A stretch of 63,646 bases of DNA, filler included, from Platydemus manokwari (GCA_037951405.1; 5 parts of 5 records of this genome joined end to end with filler, not necessarily neighbours in it), one strand, 5' to 3'. Positions 43,740 through 58,679 are shown, numbered from the whole stretch's first letter. Notes: a model not told the origin generated them from the letters alone. Made by a program: numbers and translations.

Positions 43740-45215
43740 TGACGAGAAACCTTAACGAGAAGTTGTGCCATATCGATACTAAGAAGTTGGACGATTACAT
43801 TCAAAAGATTTACTTCCGGCCAAATATTTCACGAAGCATCACGTGCTAAACAGAAGGTATACACGGGGCGGACTGTAACACAGACCGACACTTGTAACAT
43901 ATCGCAAGCACTGGAGTGGATAAACACACACATGACCCAAACTCAGAAAAGCAAAACATGGTGAGGCAAAGTCCGCGAATCGATCAAATACGCGGCAAAC
44001 AAATTAAACACTAAGGTCCAATTTATATACATAAATCATGCTCCGAGTCGACCAAAACATACATGTAAAAAATAGGGTCTTTTCTCATTCCGGAATCATA
44101 GAGCCCAAGAAATTCGAGGAGGCACCAAAGTTGCTAAGGAGGTGTTTCGTTCAATCTTACCAGATTGAATGGACAAAGCAAGTGAGAAGTGGGAGGTATA
44201 ATACTTTTTTTAGGTACAGTTAGCCAACTGTGGAGCAAGATTGCCTTTCATGGGTATCTATCGATTGCCGAGTTCCACTTCATCCACAAAGCAAAAACCG
44301 ACACCCTACCAACACTCAATAAGAAATTCATGAATGGTATGGCGTGTCGGAAGTGCCTATATCCAACGGAATCTCAAACTCATATTTTTACCATGTGCCC
44401 TCCATCAAGTTTTTTTAAAACATATAGGCACAATGAGATTGTGGATATAGTCGCACGTTTTATAGAATACAATACTGACTTTAGGATTTTTATTGATGAA
44501 AAATGCCAGTTTGTTGATTCCAACCTACGAGTAGATTTACAAATGATCAATGAGCGTAAATCAACAATTATGCTCATTGATATCAAGTGCCCAATGGATG
44601 AGCCTAAATTAATAGATGAAACAGATAAGAAAAATCTGTCAAAATACGAACATTTGAGATATTACATAAAATCAAAATTCCCCAAATTCACGGTGGAATT
44701 ATATGCCTTTATAGTTGGAGTATTGGGTACTTGGGTTAAGACTAATGATTTAATATTGAGAAAACTCGGGTTGAGTCAACAAAAAATCAACAAACTGGCA
44801 ATGAAATGCATTCAATCAAATATTAGCGCGTCGTTCCTCCAATGGCAGTTCCACACGGGTAAGAGGAATGTCAACATCCCAAGAGCAAGTAAGATCCATC
44901 CGGACTTATCTTTCTCGGCAAGTGAGGGGGAGGACGATGCTGCCGAATAACTTTTAATCGGACTTTGTTTTATTTGTCGGACTTGGCTTATTTTTATCTG
45001 ATTTTATATGAATATATGATTATATGATTTTATATGATTATATGAATTATAAAAATAAGAATCAGGACTTTTGAAAGCACCAAGACACATGTCTAAATCC
45101 GAGATTTCCCGATCCAACTAAAGCGGGCTCGACTGCATAATTTGATCAAAATAACTTTTCTCCGATGTTTGTCATAAATATTTATAATATTTACAAACTT
45201 AAATTTAAAAAAAAA
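43740..45215 (+). mobile_element. 5'-truncated RLE-class non-LTR retrotransposon (NeSL/Utopia/R2-like) with 3' UTR and A-rich tail
   Basis: ORF 44189-44950: FHFIHKAK, CCHC knuckle CRKCLYPTESQTHIFTMC, RHNEIV, LRVD..IDIKCP, SKYE, FIVGVLGTW..ND. Upstream frame 44038-44223 joins by a frameshift near the T-run at 44205-44211. A-run near 45207-45215. Confidence 0.9.
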
Positions 45216-48014
45216 TTAAAATCGTTCACGATAATTTTACCCTCATCACATTTATTGCCAGTATTCTTGTTACATTTTTTTTTCAAATTATTGGTTTCAT
45301 TTGAACCCAGTAACAATAATTTCCGGGAACACAATAAAGTCTAGTGAAGTGGCTATAATAGTAATTTAGATTTTTTGCAATAAGTTAACAGTCGAATGAT
45401 TTCGGATTGCTATTTGAAATGGATAATTGGTAGAATCTAAACGACTACAACTACTTTTCCAGTATTTTTATTACCATCAATATAAATCATTAAAAAAAAT
45501 GATCTTCATCAATTTTTTGGGTTTGAAATAAACCAAAACAGGACAATATTTCCTTCATTCTTTATTCGTATATTCCAGTTTCTCATATCTTAGTATGGGA
45601 CACAATATTGTTGCCACAGATAAGAAAACCAATTATTACTTACAGTTTGACGGGTCGCTTAATTAATTAAAATTCCATTTGGGTTTCGGTAGATGCTTTA
45701 TATAATCAATATTTCTTGCATAAAACTTCTTTTAATTAAATTTTGTGGGAGGATGCTGTGGATATGAAAATCAATAAAAATATAAATAAATGCGTTATTT
45801 TGAAGAGATTTCAACAGTATTGTGAATTTCAAATCAATAATTTTCATGTTATATTAAAAGCGCCAAAGATTCACTGTAATTATTACTACAATTTCTCTGC
45901 TAATATATTTTTGATTCTTTTTATAAATTTGTGTTGCTAGTGGATTATTTTCTGATTCGCACAGTTAAAATAGAAATCAAACTGGTCTCAGGAGTGATCT
46001 TTTTTTTGGAAAACGAATTTCAATACTCAACTCATTTTCGGATATATCTAATTATAAATTTATCGACATAAATTACACCCGTAAAAACCAGCACAAAATC
46101 CGGACATCAGGAATGTTGTAATAGATTCTTATAAGAATATAAAATTATTGATATATAACTTTAAAAAAAAACCCTTCATGCTAATAAAAATTTATATAAT
46201 ATAATAAAAAAATTAATAGAAATTTGGAATTAAAAACTACTTTTGGAAATCTAGTTTGAATTGCGAGATAAAATATATTTTCGATGGAAACAAAGAGCCA
46301 ATCGATACTATTGAATCTACTCTAGTCTAATAAAAGGAGCTGTTTCATATTTTAGGAAATAATATTAAAAATATAAGTAAAAACTACATTATTAAGAATT
46401 ATATCCAATCACACGATATTATTAATTAGATTTATAATGAGGTAATAAAAGGATTATAAACAATTCTTAGTAACGCATCTTTCCAAATTGAAATCTCAGT
46501 ATTAGAGTACATGTTAGAATAATTCTTTAAACGCGAAATACATTTGTTCCAATTAGCTCACAATGATGGCACATATTTTCTGCAAAAATCCATCCGAATG
46601 AAACAGTCAGACGTTATTATTAATATACTAGAAAATGAAGTGAAACCTAATTAACAATGTATTAGCAAACAAGAAAGAAAACTATATGGCATCTTAACAG
46701 ATCTAAATTAGCACAAATTACCATTAACAACAATGGTGGATTGCTGAGAACCTGTTGCTATGACAATAAAAGTAATCAATATAAGAATTTCACCAAAAAC
46801 AATACTGCAGCAGAAAATTTTATCCGGTTATTAATATTTGAATACGAAAGTCTTCTAAACTCAACTCTATCTTAATCTTTTTGGACTGAAAATTCCAAGC
46901 CACAGCCTTTTGACCCTCGAAATATGCATTCTGCAGTCGATATCTGTATATTTATCGTATTGACCTAGGTTATTGCATTATTAATTGATATGTGCCTTTG
47001 ACATTGATACCGTTTCTTATTATGTAATTGATTTTCCAATCCAAATGAATCAATTAAATCCCAAAGTTGAATCAATTGTTAGCCAAATTCAAACAAATAC
47101 GTGTCGAGCTCATGATTATTGATAATATTTTTTGAAACATCATCGTTCAATGAAGGATTTTAATGAAAAAGCATATATATTCACTCACAGACACACACGG
47201 GCACACACAAACATATATGTTATCACGTGAGTCTGTTAATTCTATCCATTTTTATGTTGTATTAATATCAAGTCATTGTGCAATTATGTAGCCGATTCAT
47301 TTGATTATCTTATACCATTTATACTGTTGTTGTATCCCCAATGATATTTCACCAAAGCTACTTTTCTTCAAAAGACCCATTAAAAGCAGATGACATTTTT
47401 CTTAAAAAGTTACAATTAATCCCATAAGATTTTTTCCTTCTTTCTGACTTCAAGAATTTTTTGTTGTACAGTTTCATAAACGAATTTCCAAAATTGTTTC
47501 CTGTTGTGTGTGAGAAAATTTATTTTATGGAGTCGAATTCTATAATAAATTGTATCGATGATGGATTATTGTTTTCAATATCCGGCAATGAGAAAAATTT
47601 GCGAAGCCTTAATGGGTTTCAGTTTGATTTTCGTTTGTGATGAGTTTTCACATTTTTTCCATTTTTTGATATTTTATAAATGGATATCACCAAAGGAATA
47701 ATATCTCGAATATCCTATTGGATAATCCATGTTTTTCAACATAAATGATTTGCAGGAGACCTCTTTTATAAAGTAATGTAACATGAAATCTCAATTGTAC
47801 ACATGAGGAATTTGAAAGGAAAAAAATGTCGAATAAATCCTTTGTATCTGATAACTAGAATTCAGGAACAGTGTTTCCGCGAAAGTTATATCGATTCTTT
47901 GAATCGTTGAAATCTGGATGGGATTTGGTTGATCAGAGACATGCGTAACCCCTAAAAGGATTTCTCATATTAAATAAAATAAATATAATTGGTAATAAAA
48001 CTGCATATTTTAAT

Positions 48015-48350
48015 ATGACTATGTCTGTGTGTGCTTTGAGTGAGACGAAATCTTAATAAAGAAAAACGGATTTAGACCTTAGAACTCTTGTTTTAGCACT
48101 TTAAGCATTTGCATGCCTACACAATCATATAGGCATGGCAATCAATCAATCATAGTTGATTTAGTTGAATAACGATAATTTTAAAAAGGGACATAGCCAC
48201 ACAACAACACACACAAAATGATTGATCAATCCCACACATAAAAAAATCATTAAGTTCAATAGAAGCATGAGAAATCAAAGATCAAATTAAAATGTGATCT
48301 AAACGTGATACGAAAATTGTACAGATCTCAAGTACAAATATCGATTTAAA
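48015..48350 (-). repeat. Solo-LTR-like repeat family B, partial copy 2
   Basis: TTGAGTGAGA.GAAAT...AAAGAAAAAC...CTTGTTTT.GCACTTT.AGCATTTGCAT...AAAAAGGG..GATTGA.CAATCCCA shared with 27520-27830. Confidence 0.7.
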
Positions 48351-48459
48351 GATGATCAAATGCTATTTAAGTAGTATTGATTAGTACTTGAAATAGAGAT
48401 ATATCTTCTAAACTTCGATTTTGGTGTTAGCAATTTTTTTAATTTTCAGAGTTTAGTAT

Positions 48460-48970
48460 TTTATAAGTCTCCGTCTCTAAAACTAAAATATAAAAAGAAT
48501 ATTTTAAAGGTTTTATTATTTCTTCCTTGAGATATCTGTGAGCAGAAGTTTGTAAAGTCATACATACTCGCGTAGTTTCTCGTTGATTTGTGCCATCATT
48601 CTCTTTTACAAAATTTGTTCCTTTTCTTTCATGATTTCTCATCTGACGGTCTTCCTGATCGCAACCTAGTGGAAAAGGTTCCTGTTTCTTCAAACTTCTG
48701 TTTCTAGTTTTGCACTGTTCTCCTAGCTGGCGGTACACTATTGAAATGTTGTTGAAATTCTTGGCAAGCTTTGATATTAATCTGGTACACTATTGCATGG
48801 CTAATTATAAACACTCTATCTGCAAGCGAGAATTTAACTTCACCAGCTCCTTCCACCATACTGTCATAATGCAACTGATTAATAAGAGATAAGAAATAAA
48901 GTACATTAATCAGTGAATAATAATTAGTATCAATAAGTATAAATGTATGAGTATAAATATAAAAAGGCAT
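48460..48970 (-). mobile_element. Second deleted copy of the rosa-type mariner seen at 12.8 kb
   Basis: MVEGAGEVKFSLADRVFIIS...CQEFQQHFNSVPPARRTVQN*KQKFEETGTFSTRLRSGRPS (DUF4817-like). Partial TIR ATAAGTCTCCGTCTCTAAAACTAAAAT at 48463. Confidence 0.8.
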
Positions 48971-51900
48971 AATTTTAAAATAGAAGTCAACATAAATTCA
49001 AAAAGATCATGGACGTACAGTATTTAGAAATCATAAGTATAGATTTAATCAGAAACACAAAAAAATCCAATATCACATCACAACGGGTTCGCATCAGAAA
49101 CATAAAAATAACTACAGAAAAGGCCAAACATAAAAGACTGGTAGATGCCCAGAATGGTTTGTGTATTGATTTATTGTCTTTCGGCTTTGCATTTTATTCG
49201 ATGGAACAGTTTGAAGACTATGTTGTTAATAAATGTCCTATCTCTTATGTTGTCGGCCCATACAAATGTTCATTGTTTGATGGTGGTGTCTGTTACTGTT
49301 AAAAATATCGAGTTTCAATCAGAGATTGATAATTTGTAGGTACACGATTGTCTACTTGAACGAGTCGAACCCATTGAGGGTTATTCCAATGGCTTTTATA
49401 ATTATTTTTAGTCACTACATATTATATGCGTGTGTGTGGAAATATGCTCCATACTAAGAGAAATCCCATAATTTCATCGGGCATACGAAATTATTGGCAG
49501 ACATGAGTTTGTACACATATCATCAAGTGATCAGATGAACTTTATAATGATAATCACTTGAACGAGACCCTGTAATTTTTATATTTTTATATTTTAATAA
49601 AATTGGCATTAACAAGATTGTAATTGGATAAAATTATTTCATTAGCTTTATTCGTGTTGGATTTATTTAAATCATCACATGAAAAAGATAAATTGTTTAA
49701 ATAACTTTGACAAATACCTTGTAATAATCATTCCTAATGTTCTCGAAAAAGAAGCATATCGGGTGTTGATATCTAAGCTTCTAATTCTGGATTTCTCATC
49801 TCTCACAGAATACAAAATAAATCATATAAAAGAATCTAAAATAAATTTATATTTATTGTTTTAATAACTTGTTTTGGAACTGATTTGTATTTTGAGATTG
49901 AAATTGTAAATCTTTAGAGTATACATACTTGTAACAGTGCTCATGTAAAACGAATCAGTAATACAAGAAGAGAATCTAGAATAAACAAAACATAAATAAA
50001 CCTGTTGTCAATATTATTCATCAACATGAGCTCAATTAAGGGGAGAAAAACACTAAAAGATGAGATAATCAAAATATCAACATCATCAAGTTAAATTCGA
50101 ATTATTATCACATTAGATTGATCGCTCATGAATAAAAAAACATAATCGGGAGTTTACTTTTCATAATTATTTTCATTATGATCTGTCTTCTCCATATTGT
50201 CATCACCGAATCACTGAGATGATCTTTTGTCTTATTATTTATGTCTATGGAGAATTTCAAAGGTTTGATATTGAATATATTTCTCTATTTTTTTATTGGT
50301 TTGGAAATTTTAATTAAAATATAATTTTCATTTGATTATTTTACGCTGCTAGAATGCTGTTTGTATAGATGGAAGGCTTTTTCTGTAGTTGTAACATTGG
50401 TACAGCGGAATAAAATCTTATCATTCTAGTGAGATCTCAATATGTCACTGACGTGATAAATGATAGAAACAATTATAAACAAGTTGGCTGACAGATTATA
50501 GCAATGAAAATTCACAAAATAGTACAGCTCTATTCCCATTTTTAGGGATTTTGATTTGTCAGTTTAAGAAATGACCTTGAATTCATCACCATCATTCAAC
50601 ATTGGGTTTTACATGGACGTAGGGACCTGTTGGAATTGACTTTGTTCCATTATCAGCCTATCCCTAACAAAGATTATATAAATTTATAAAACATAATTGC
50701 TACATTTATGATTATTATTATCGTATTCATAATTAGCAAACAGAGGATTTTACTTTACACAAGCCCCTCCTAACCCCCTTCCACTCCCATAATTTTTATA
50801 ATTATTATATATTATTATTATCATATTAACACATTTTTATTATATTTTAAAATTTTTATAAAATAATAATAATTCCTTATTTAAACTGTGAATTAGATTC
50901 AGTGGGTGAGATAACTTAGAATTTCATCTGAAAAGTTAATTTGATATTATCGACATTTGAACGGTTAAGGTCCAAAATAAGATCAAGTGCCTTTCAAAGT
51001 TTATTAACTTGTTTTCATTGATTCTGTGGTCGAATTATTCAAAATTCTTTGCAAACAACCAGTTCTTCTTATTTTATTCTCAAAATTATCACGAATAATA
51101 CTAGTAAAGATGTTGAAAAATAATGAAATTCATATCATTTACTTTATTTTTTATGAAGTAAAGATGGGTTTTAAAGAAGCTATCTCTTAAAAGAATTTTG
51201 TATTCATATTAGTTCTGATCTCCGACATTAGCATGGGAGACAATGTGTTTTATAATTTTAATTTAGTTATCCATTTCTGTTGACCTAAGACAATGAAATG
51301 AGAATGATTTTTGAACTTAAAGCGTGAAGGATATTACAGATATACAGTCCTTGCTTTGTTCTTTTATCTAACCGGAACAAGTTGAACGCAAGGGGATAGC
51401 CTTCACTTCTCAGTAGAACTTCATGTAGTACCTATGTTCCGTGAAACCTTGGTTCAATTTGCACTTCAATTCAAAGTATTAGAAACTTTAATTGTTACTA
51501 TAACCAAGGAGAATATCAATACCAATATTATGTGACAAAATAGTTCTAAATTTGTACTTTAATGAAAATTTGGAAGATTTGGAAAACCTATTGGAAAATA
51601 ATTTTTATCGCTTGATAACTCTCTCATTATCCAACAGTATTGTCTATTGATTTTGGCTTGGCTCATTTATGAATACCGATCCAATTGTATTCATTTTCTC
51701 TCAGATTCTGTCTAAAATCAGTGTGGATGTCATTTGTGGATCTGGATCGATTTTAATTAAATATTTTTCTCCTACCAACCCATCAATCTCAGAATTGAAG
51801 AGACAGATCAATTGTTTTGAAATATGTGGAGAGATCAATATTTGTTAAATCGCTTAAAAGAATTCATTAATTAAAACAAACCCGATTGGAGCTGATGTAA

Positions 51901-52639
51901 TGAATATATTAAAATAATAAAAATATTTCAGCCCGATCTCGAAATTCATCGATTCCACAAAAACATCTTTTATCGAATGAGAAAGTAGCTGAGGAATTAA
52001 TTTAAAAATCTGAAGAAATTTAGCCTTAAAGCACATTTTAAAAATATCTTTTCGATTTTTTGATTTATTTGATAGAACAGTGGCTGTGGACTAGATGATA
52101 CAATTATTGTAAGAAAATTACCAATTCATTGACTATATATAATGTATGTGATGATATGAAACTAAAATACAATTACAAGACATGCTTGTAATCACGTGAT
52201 GAGAGATACTAATTGAGTTCAATGACGATGATTTAAATCCATCAGTTAGAAATTAATGAAGTCCGGAATTTCGGATCACATCTGATATTATCCAATAAGT
52301 TAGGCAAATGCCTGTAATCGATATGAGAATAGCTGTTTGAAAAAAGAAAGACAGAATCATTAGAAATCCTATATTCAATGATGTAATCAATAACACAGGT
52401 TCTATTTAATGATTTTATATCAGCAATTTTGGTACACACACATTAACTTGATTGGATTGAAAAGTCTTTTAGAGCACAGAAAGATAGGTTTTCTGCTTCC
52501 AGTAGTCTCAGTGTAATAAATTGTACAAATCGATCTTTAGAATTATGAGATGATAATCAATTTTTATGAATTAATTTATGAGTTATTGATGACAAAGATT
52601 GCTCTTGAATAATTATTTAAGATAAATCAATATTTCAAC

Positions 52640-53070
52640 TTTTGTCTTATGCAAATGATCATCTCCAATATGCCACAGCAGATATCAAAGGACTGCGCTT
52701 CAAAATTGCAGATCAACCAGTATCAATCCTCTCAATGATGATCTGTGGAAAAAACTATGCTCGATCTACAAAGCAAAACAGAGTAGAGTTACCAGTATTC
52801 CCGAAAAATCTGACTTAATCAATTTTGAGCCTTCAGCTAAACAGAGATTGATAATTGTTCGGATCATTACGACTGTCGAGCTTTCAGGTAACACAGACTT
52901 TAGTTCAAAATACTACGCAGAGAAGAATTCCCAACCCAACTTCTAAGAAATGGGTCTGCTCTTTTTTCCTTCTCCCGTGTAGTCTAAGATCAGTGTCCTT
53001 GTTGATTCAGCCATCAGACCTGTTAATTGGCATATTTCGACAATCGTTAAGGATACTGCTGTGGGTCGTG
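52640..53070 (+). mobile_element. Heavily decayed non-LTR reverse transcriptase fragment (RLE-type)
   Basis: LLSYANDHL (YADD-like), FKIADQPVSIL, KQRLIIVR and KKWV..FFLLP, in the expected order of RT and post-RT motifs. Confidence 0.35.
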
Positions 53071-53811
53071 CAACCCTCTATCTCCTAACCAGTTGAACCT
53101 CTCGAATTTTCAATGCATTATTTTAAATAATAAAACTTGATAGGTAGATATTGATCAATAAATTTGATTGGTCATCATTTATCAGGATGTTAATTCGATA
53201 ACAATTATTTTTATACATTTATTTTATTAAGTATGATATTTTTCATTAAATTTCAAGATAAATAAGTGAAAATCAATACAAATTTTCGATTAATTTATAA
53301 TATACAAGGCATCAGATAAGTCATTATAAAGGTGTTTATGAAGATATTGATTTATCTCTAATATAAATTTAAAAATCATTCCATATAAGACAGCGTGTAA
53401 ATAAGAGTTGCTGAAGTTGCTGTTTAAGAGAATAACAATTTAAGCTGCTACTTAATCGATATTTACAGTTTATTCCGCTCATAAATATCCAGAAGGATCC
53501 CTATAATATTTGGTCAGTGGAAATTGCTGCTTTTTAGAGATTTCTCTATAAGTTTCTATAAAGATCATCATATCGACACCAATACCCGAGTTTTTAACCT
53601 TTTCATAATCTGAATCAACACCCATGAAATCTTTTCCCAACCCCTTGATCCTTATTCACAACACATTAATTATCATAATATTCTCTGAAGCCTTTTCAAA
53701 CTAAATAGTAATTAATCCTAATATTAACACATTACTGACTTACCAGGTTGAGTCAAAAGTTATTCATGTTTTTATGCAGGTATTTTATTAACACAAATTG
53801 TTATAACGCTG

Positions 53812-53911
53812 NNNNNNNNNNNNNNNNNNNNNNNNNNNNNNNNNNNNNNNNNNNNTTAATTAATTAANNNNNNNNNNNNNNNNNNNNNNNNNNNNNNNNN
53901 NNNNNNNNNNN
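53812..53911. other. Artificial scaffold spacer 44N-TTAATTAATTAA-44N
   Basis: Identical 100-nt spacer. Confidence 0.95.
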
Positions 53912-53931
53912 TATTATTATTATTATTATTA

Positions 53932-53979
<48 letters not shown>

Positions 53980-53988
53980 TTATTATTA
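53912..53988. repeat. (TAT)n microsatellite at contig edge
   Basis: Near-perfect TAT run directly after the gap. Confidence 0.95.
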
Positions 53989-56539
53989 ACATATCTTTGT
54001 AAATTATTAAATTAAATTTAACTTAAATTTTAAACCTCACAATTATTAATATTTATTGTTATTACCATTATTATTAATATCAAATCTCAATTTTAGATCA
54101 GAAAACATATATTTATTATTAATAATAACTATTTTAACAAGACTCTACAAAAGAGGTGAAACTAATAAAATTGTACGTCATTTCCAAAATATGTTTGCCT
54201 GCCTGCAAATTCACAGCTGGCACCAACATTCAAAATAATTAATTATATTTCAACCGTAAATAATTTATTTATCATATGGCCGGTTCAGGCACGTTTCTCT
54301 GAGGCAATGTGTGGCAGAAACAAGTTATCAAATTTCGATTATTTTAGAATTTTTTAGTAAAATAATAACAACAATGGCCACCTTAATTCAAATGATAAAA
54401 ATAAAATAAAAATCAGGTTTTATTTAAATATCTAATGACATAACACTGACATTGTTTCCATGGATTTAAACAAAGATCCGCTATCTATATCAAAAGAAAG
54501 CCACGCATGACAAACCTGGCAATGGAAATTCGATGCAAACTGCGATAGTCCCCACTATTAATAGAAACATTCGTGAAAATAATATTAATCTTTCTATCTT
54601 TACATTAATAGGCTTAGATACACGACCAAATACGTTTTAAAAAATAATCTTCACTTAATCTATTTAAATATTTTATATCATGACTAAATAATTTTGATCA
54701 TCTCAGATTAATTCAACAAAATCATGAACGACAATAAATCAAAGATGTTCCGAAATTTTAGCTTGTTTATCAATATCATCAATTCAATTCACAATTCGAA
54801 ATTTTCATGATGAAAGGTGCAAAATATTTTATATGTAATTCAAAATAAATAATAATTTCTTCTTTCTCTCTGATTTATGATCATTAAAGTACTCCGTCAT
54901 CGATAAAATTATTATTATCATTATTTCCAATTTTTAATATCGTGTACTCATCGTGCTCATTAAAGATCTCATTAATTTTTTGCTCTCTTATTTTCAATTC
55001 GTGATATCAACCTTGTGAACACATCCTTCAGTTTTAACAGTAATGATTTCCATTTATTTCTTGTAAGTTCTCTCGAAATGATTGACAAAAACAATATTCA
55101 ATAATCATAATTTCATTCAAATGAGCAGTAAAGAGATGAATATCGGAATAGAAAATATTAATTTTACACGAAAAATAATGTGGAAATCTATTTTCAAAAA
55201 ATTGCCTTTTAAAAAGAAATGAAAATATTGGCAGAAATAGGTTCAGAGATCAAAACAATCAAATACAGTCAAATTTGATTGATGTCACGTGACTTGTTTC
55301 AGGAACAATGATAACATCAACAGTGTTCGCTAAAACGATGCACGGTAAAATCACGAATATAAACAGTAGCACTCATTACCTCCAGGGAGGATATTTTCCA
55401 GGCGTATTTTTAATCGCATTAGCTGTAGCATGTGTAAACTGCATCTTTCATATTTTTTGCAAACAAAATCTTAAAATAACTAACAGCAGTAAACCAAAAT
55501 CAAACAAATAATGAAGATCTTTCAGTGCAGCAAAGAAAAAAGAAATTTTTCAGTAAGAAAATCAGGAAGATCCTTGACGATATTATATCATCGAAATTGT
55601 GATTGATCGGGAGAGAGAATTTTAATTGTCAGTTATAGAAATTCGATTACAGGCACGTGCCATTGGTAAAAACTTAAGAAATAATAAACTCATGGCAACC
55701 CATGATAATTGTGAATTTACTATAGATAACTGCACTGTTATTGACGATGAGAACTGTGACGATTTTGAAGAGTGTGGCATTGAAAAATTGAGGTAAATGA
55801 GTAAGGTTATCCTCAATAGCTTGCTGTTTTGCGTGAAACATGTTCATGATTTGTCGTGAAGACAATTTAACAATTTCTAATCGTACAGTTCTAAATGTTC
55901 CATTTTACACTTACAATACGCATCTTATAAGAGCAATTTTAAAGTAATAAAAACTATCAACAAATAATTATTTATTAAAAATGGGTTAAATCAGTAAGAT
56001 ATCTGAGATTTAACACGTTATGATCGAACTTGAATTTTGGAATCAAATAAGATATTTTTTAACAATCAATATCTCCTCTACATGCAAAATTTAGTCAGAT
56101 TTGTCACGTATTGAAAGTATAAAGACGAAAATTTTCAATTTTATTGAGGAATTAAATGACATGGCAGTAAACCGTAGCAAATGATGACTGGATTTCAATT
56201 TAAGGTCATTATAAACGAGTTACGCTTCTCAATTTCTTTAATCAATGTAAGCCGCCTCTATTTTAAAAACCGCACATTGAAAACGAACTGAAAAGTCAAG
56301 ACACCAATTTAGATAGAATTAAATAAACTTATAAATTAGATTTTATACGAAAAAATTTCATATGGAATTAAATTTTTAAAAATTTAGAATCAATGAAAAA
56401 TGTTCACATCTCCTGTGGGATATTTTTTATGAATAAAATTTCTATTTGATTCAAAACAATTTTAATTCACATTTTATTCCAATTCAGATGTAATTCTAAT
56501 TTTGTAAAAAAATAAATTAATGTAAAATTGAGAATTATT

Positions 56540-56960
56540 TGTTTAAATATTTGGATTCAAATAGATTAATTGTGTCTTGACTTTTCAGTTTGTTTTTAAC
56601 GTGTGTGGTTTTTAAAATAGCAGCGGCTAACATTTCCCTTTTTAAAAATCTATGATTTTCCTTGTATTCTTCATTGGTATTGTATCGAATGCTCACATAT
56701 TTTTCTTCATAAAAAACACTAATTCTTCTGACTGTTTTATATCTTCTCCATATATTCACTTTATAATCTCAAAACACCTTCTTCCTTATTTTTCATAATT
56801 GTCAGTCATTGAACTTCTTATAATCAAATCCTGATGCGTTGTTACCATGTAAGCCGCTACTGTTTTAAAAACCACCAATCAAAAACAAAGTGGAAAGTCA
56901 CGACACCAAGTTATATTTAGATACAATTATTTTAAAAAATTTAATTTTATACAAAAAATT
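56540..56960 (+). mobile_element. Family C element with long terminal inverted repeats (MITE/foldback-like)
   Basis: 56571-56633 is the reverse complement of 56847-56907 (ATGT.AGCCGCT.CT.TTTTAAAAACCAC...AAAAACAAA.TG.AAAGTCA.GACAC). An additional solo arm lies at about 56245-56340. Confidence 0.75.
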
Positions 56961-58614
56961 TAATTGCTCACTATTCATAGATAATTATAATTATATTGAT
57001 TATTATTATTATTATTTGTAAAATGAAGAATTCAATACCAAGTGCGCTATCTTCATCAAAACACTTGTTCGAATCATGATTGATAAAAGAATGGAATGAA
57101 AATTAATTCACTCTACAAAATTGATTTTCATAATTTTCCCTGACGAACACACATTTCCTGGCAACAAATCCTAACTTAATCCACCAAACAATGGTGAATG
57201 TTTCTTTTGTTTTTTTTTCGTGACGATATTATAATTGTTTTAATTAAGATTTAATGTTTTTATCTCTGCGTGCAACGAAGAGACATAAGACGAAAATAAA
57301 TAATTGCTGTAAAGAGAAGAACAGTTGATGTTTTGTTTAAATCGATAAACCAATTATCGAGGATACACGAATTTAGAATATTTAGGATTTGATTGGATGT
57401 GGATTATGAGGGTTCCATCGGTGTTATGATTGACACACATGAAATTCCGACTACTAATCAGCGATAGACCAGTTTTTTTAAAATCGAATTGGATTCGAAT
57501 CACCCGCCCACGATAGTCAGAATCCATATCAGGATGACTTATATCTGATGTCGTTCAAATAAATGAAACTCAAAACCATTTTAGGAACATCATGTCAAAA
57601 CAGTCTGCTAGAAAATGATGGGGAAAAACATACCGAAATATTCGAAAATAAATTATTATCATTTAATAGCTAATGATTTTTAATGTCGTTTTTATTGGGG
57701 AATGTGAAAACATATCTGAAATCTCATTAATGGCCTTCACAAGAAATGGATTGCATGATTTGAAATAAATTTCTTTCAATAAAAATAGGTGTAATCTCAA
57801 AAATAAACTAACCTACAAAGAAATAATTGTTTATTTCAGATGTCTTGATGAAGGAAAAACTAGCGTGTGAAGAGAAAACCAAACGAATTATAAATATCCA
57901 GATTTGCTTAAGTGATTCCTGCTATATTAGAGTATCTGTGATCCAGTATCCAATGGTTACTAGAAGCGAAAGAGTTTTAAAGTTTGAATAAACCTTTTTA
58001 AAAGACCGCCTTCGATACAACGGATGTAGTCAGACAAATTACACAGATGTTTCCACCGTCAATACTCATCGGAACATTGGATTATTTTTTGTCAAAGCTA
58101 ATGGATATAAAGAAAATCTAAACTTTCAGTTGCTATTAGTTTTTAAGACGCTTTCGTTTGTCATTCATTTCTTCATATCAAATTAATCTATAAATTATTA
58201 GTATTGTTGTTTCGATGGTTGCTATGGTAACAGAGATCAAATACAATGCTTCTCAAAACTGACCATGCCTTAATCAACTTCACGGGGCAGAGTCTTACTA
58301 CTCAGTTACGATAATATTTCTCACAAAACATACGGATTTTTCACAAAAGATTAATATTATGAAGTATGGAAGGGAAATAAAATTGAAATTCTGCTGGGAA
58401 ATTATGTCCAGGAAAAGGAGATTTGTTCGTGAAGAACAATTGAACTGGATGAGATGAGAAATCGTTTAGGAAAATATTAAATAATTATTTAATTTGGGTT
58501 TCAAAATATAATAATCGAGAGGCAATCATTTATTATAAAGGAGATCGATATTTAATTATAAAATGAATCGAAATAATATTAATTATTATTATTATTTTAA
58601 TAATAATAATAATT

Positions 58615-58645
<31 letters not shown>

Positions 58646-58679
58646 TTTTTTATGCTGAGAGCATTTTGAAATGAATTAA

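Noticed and set aside
50978-50989. TAAGATCAAGTG match to U2 snRNA (possible Utopia target)
   Set aside because: Only 12 nt, no flanking U2 sequence and far from the RLE element.
55303-55511. Possible exon or small membrane peptide ORF
   Set aside because: No recognisable homology and no convincing linked exons.
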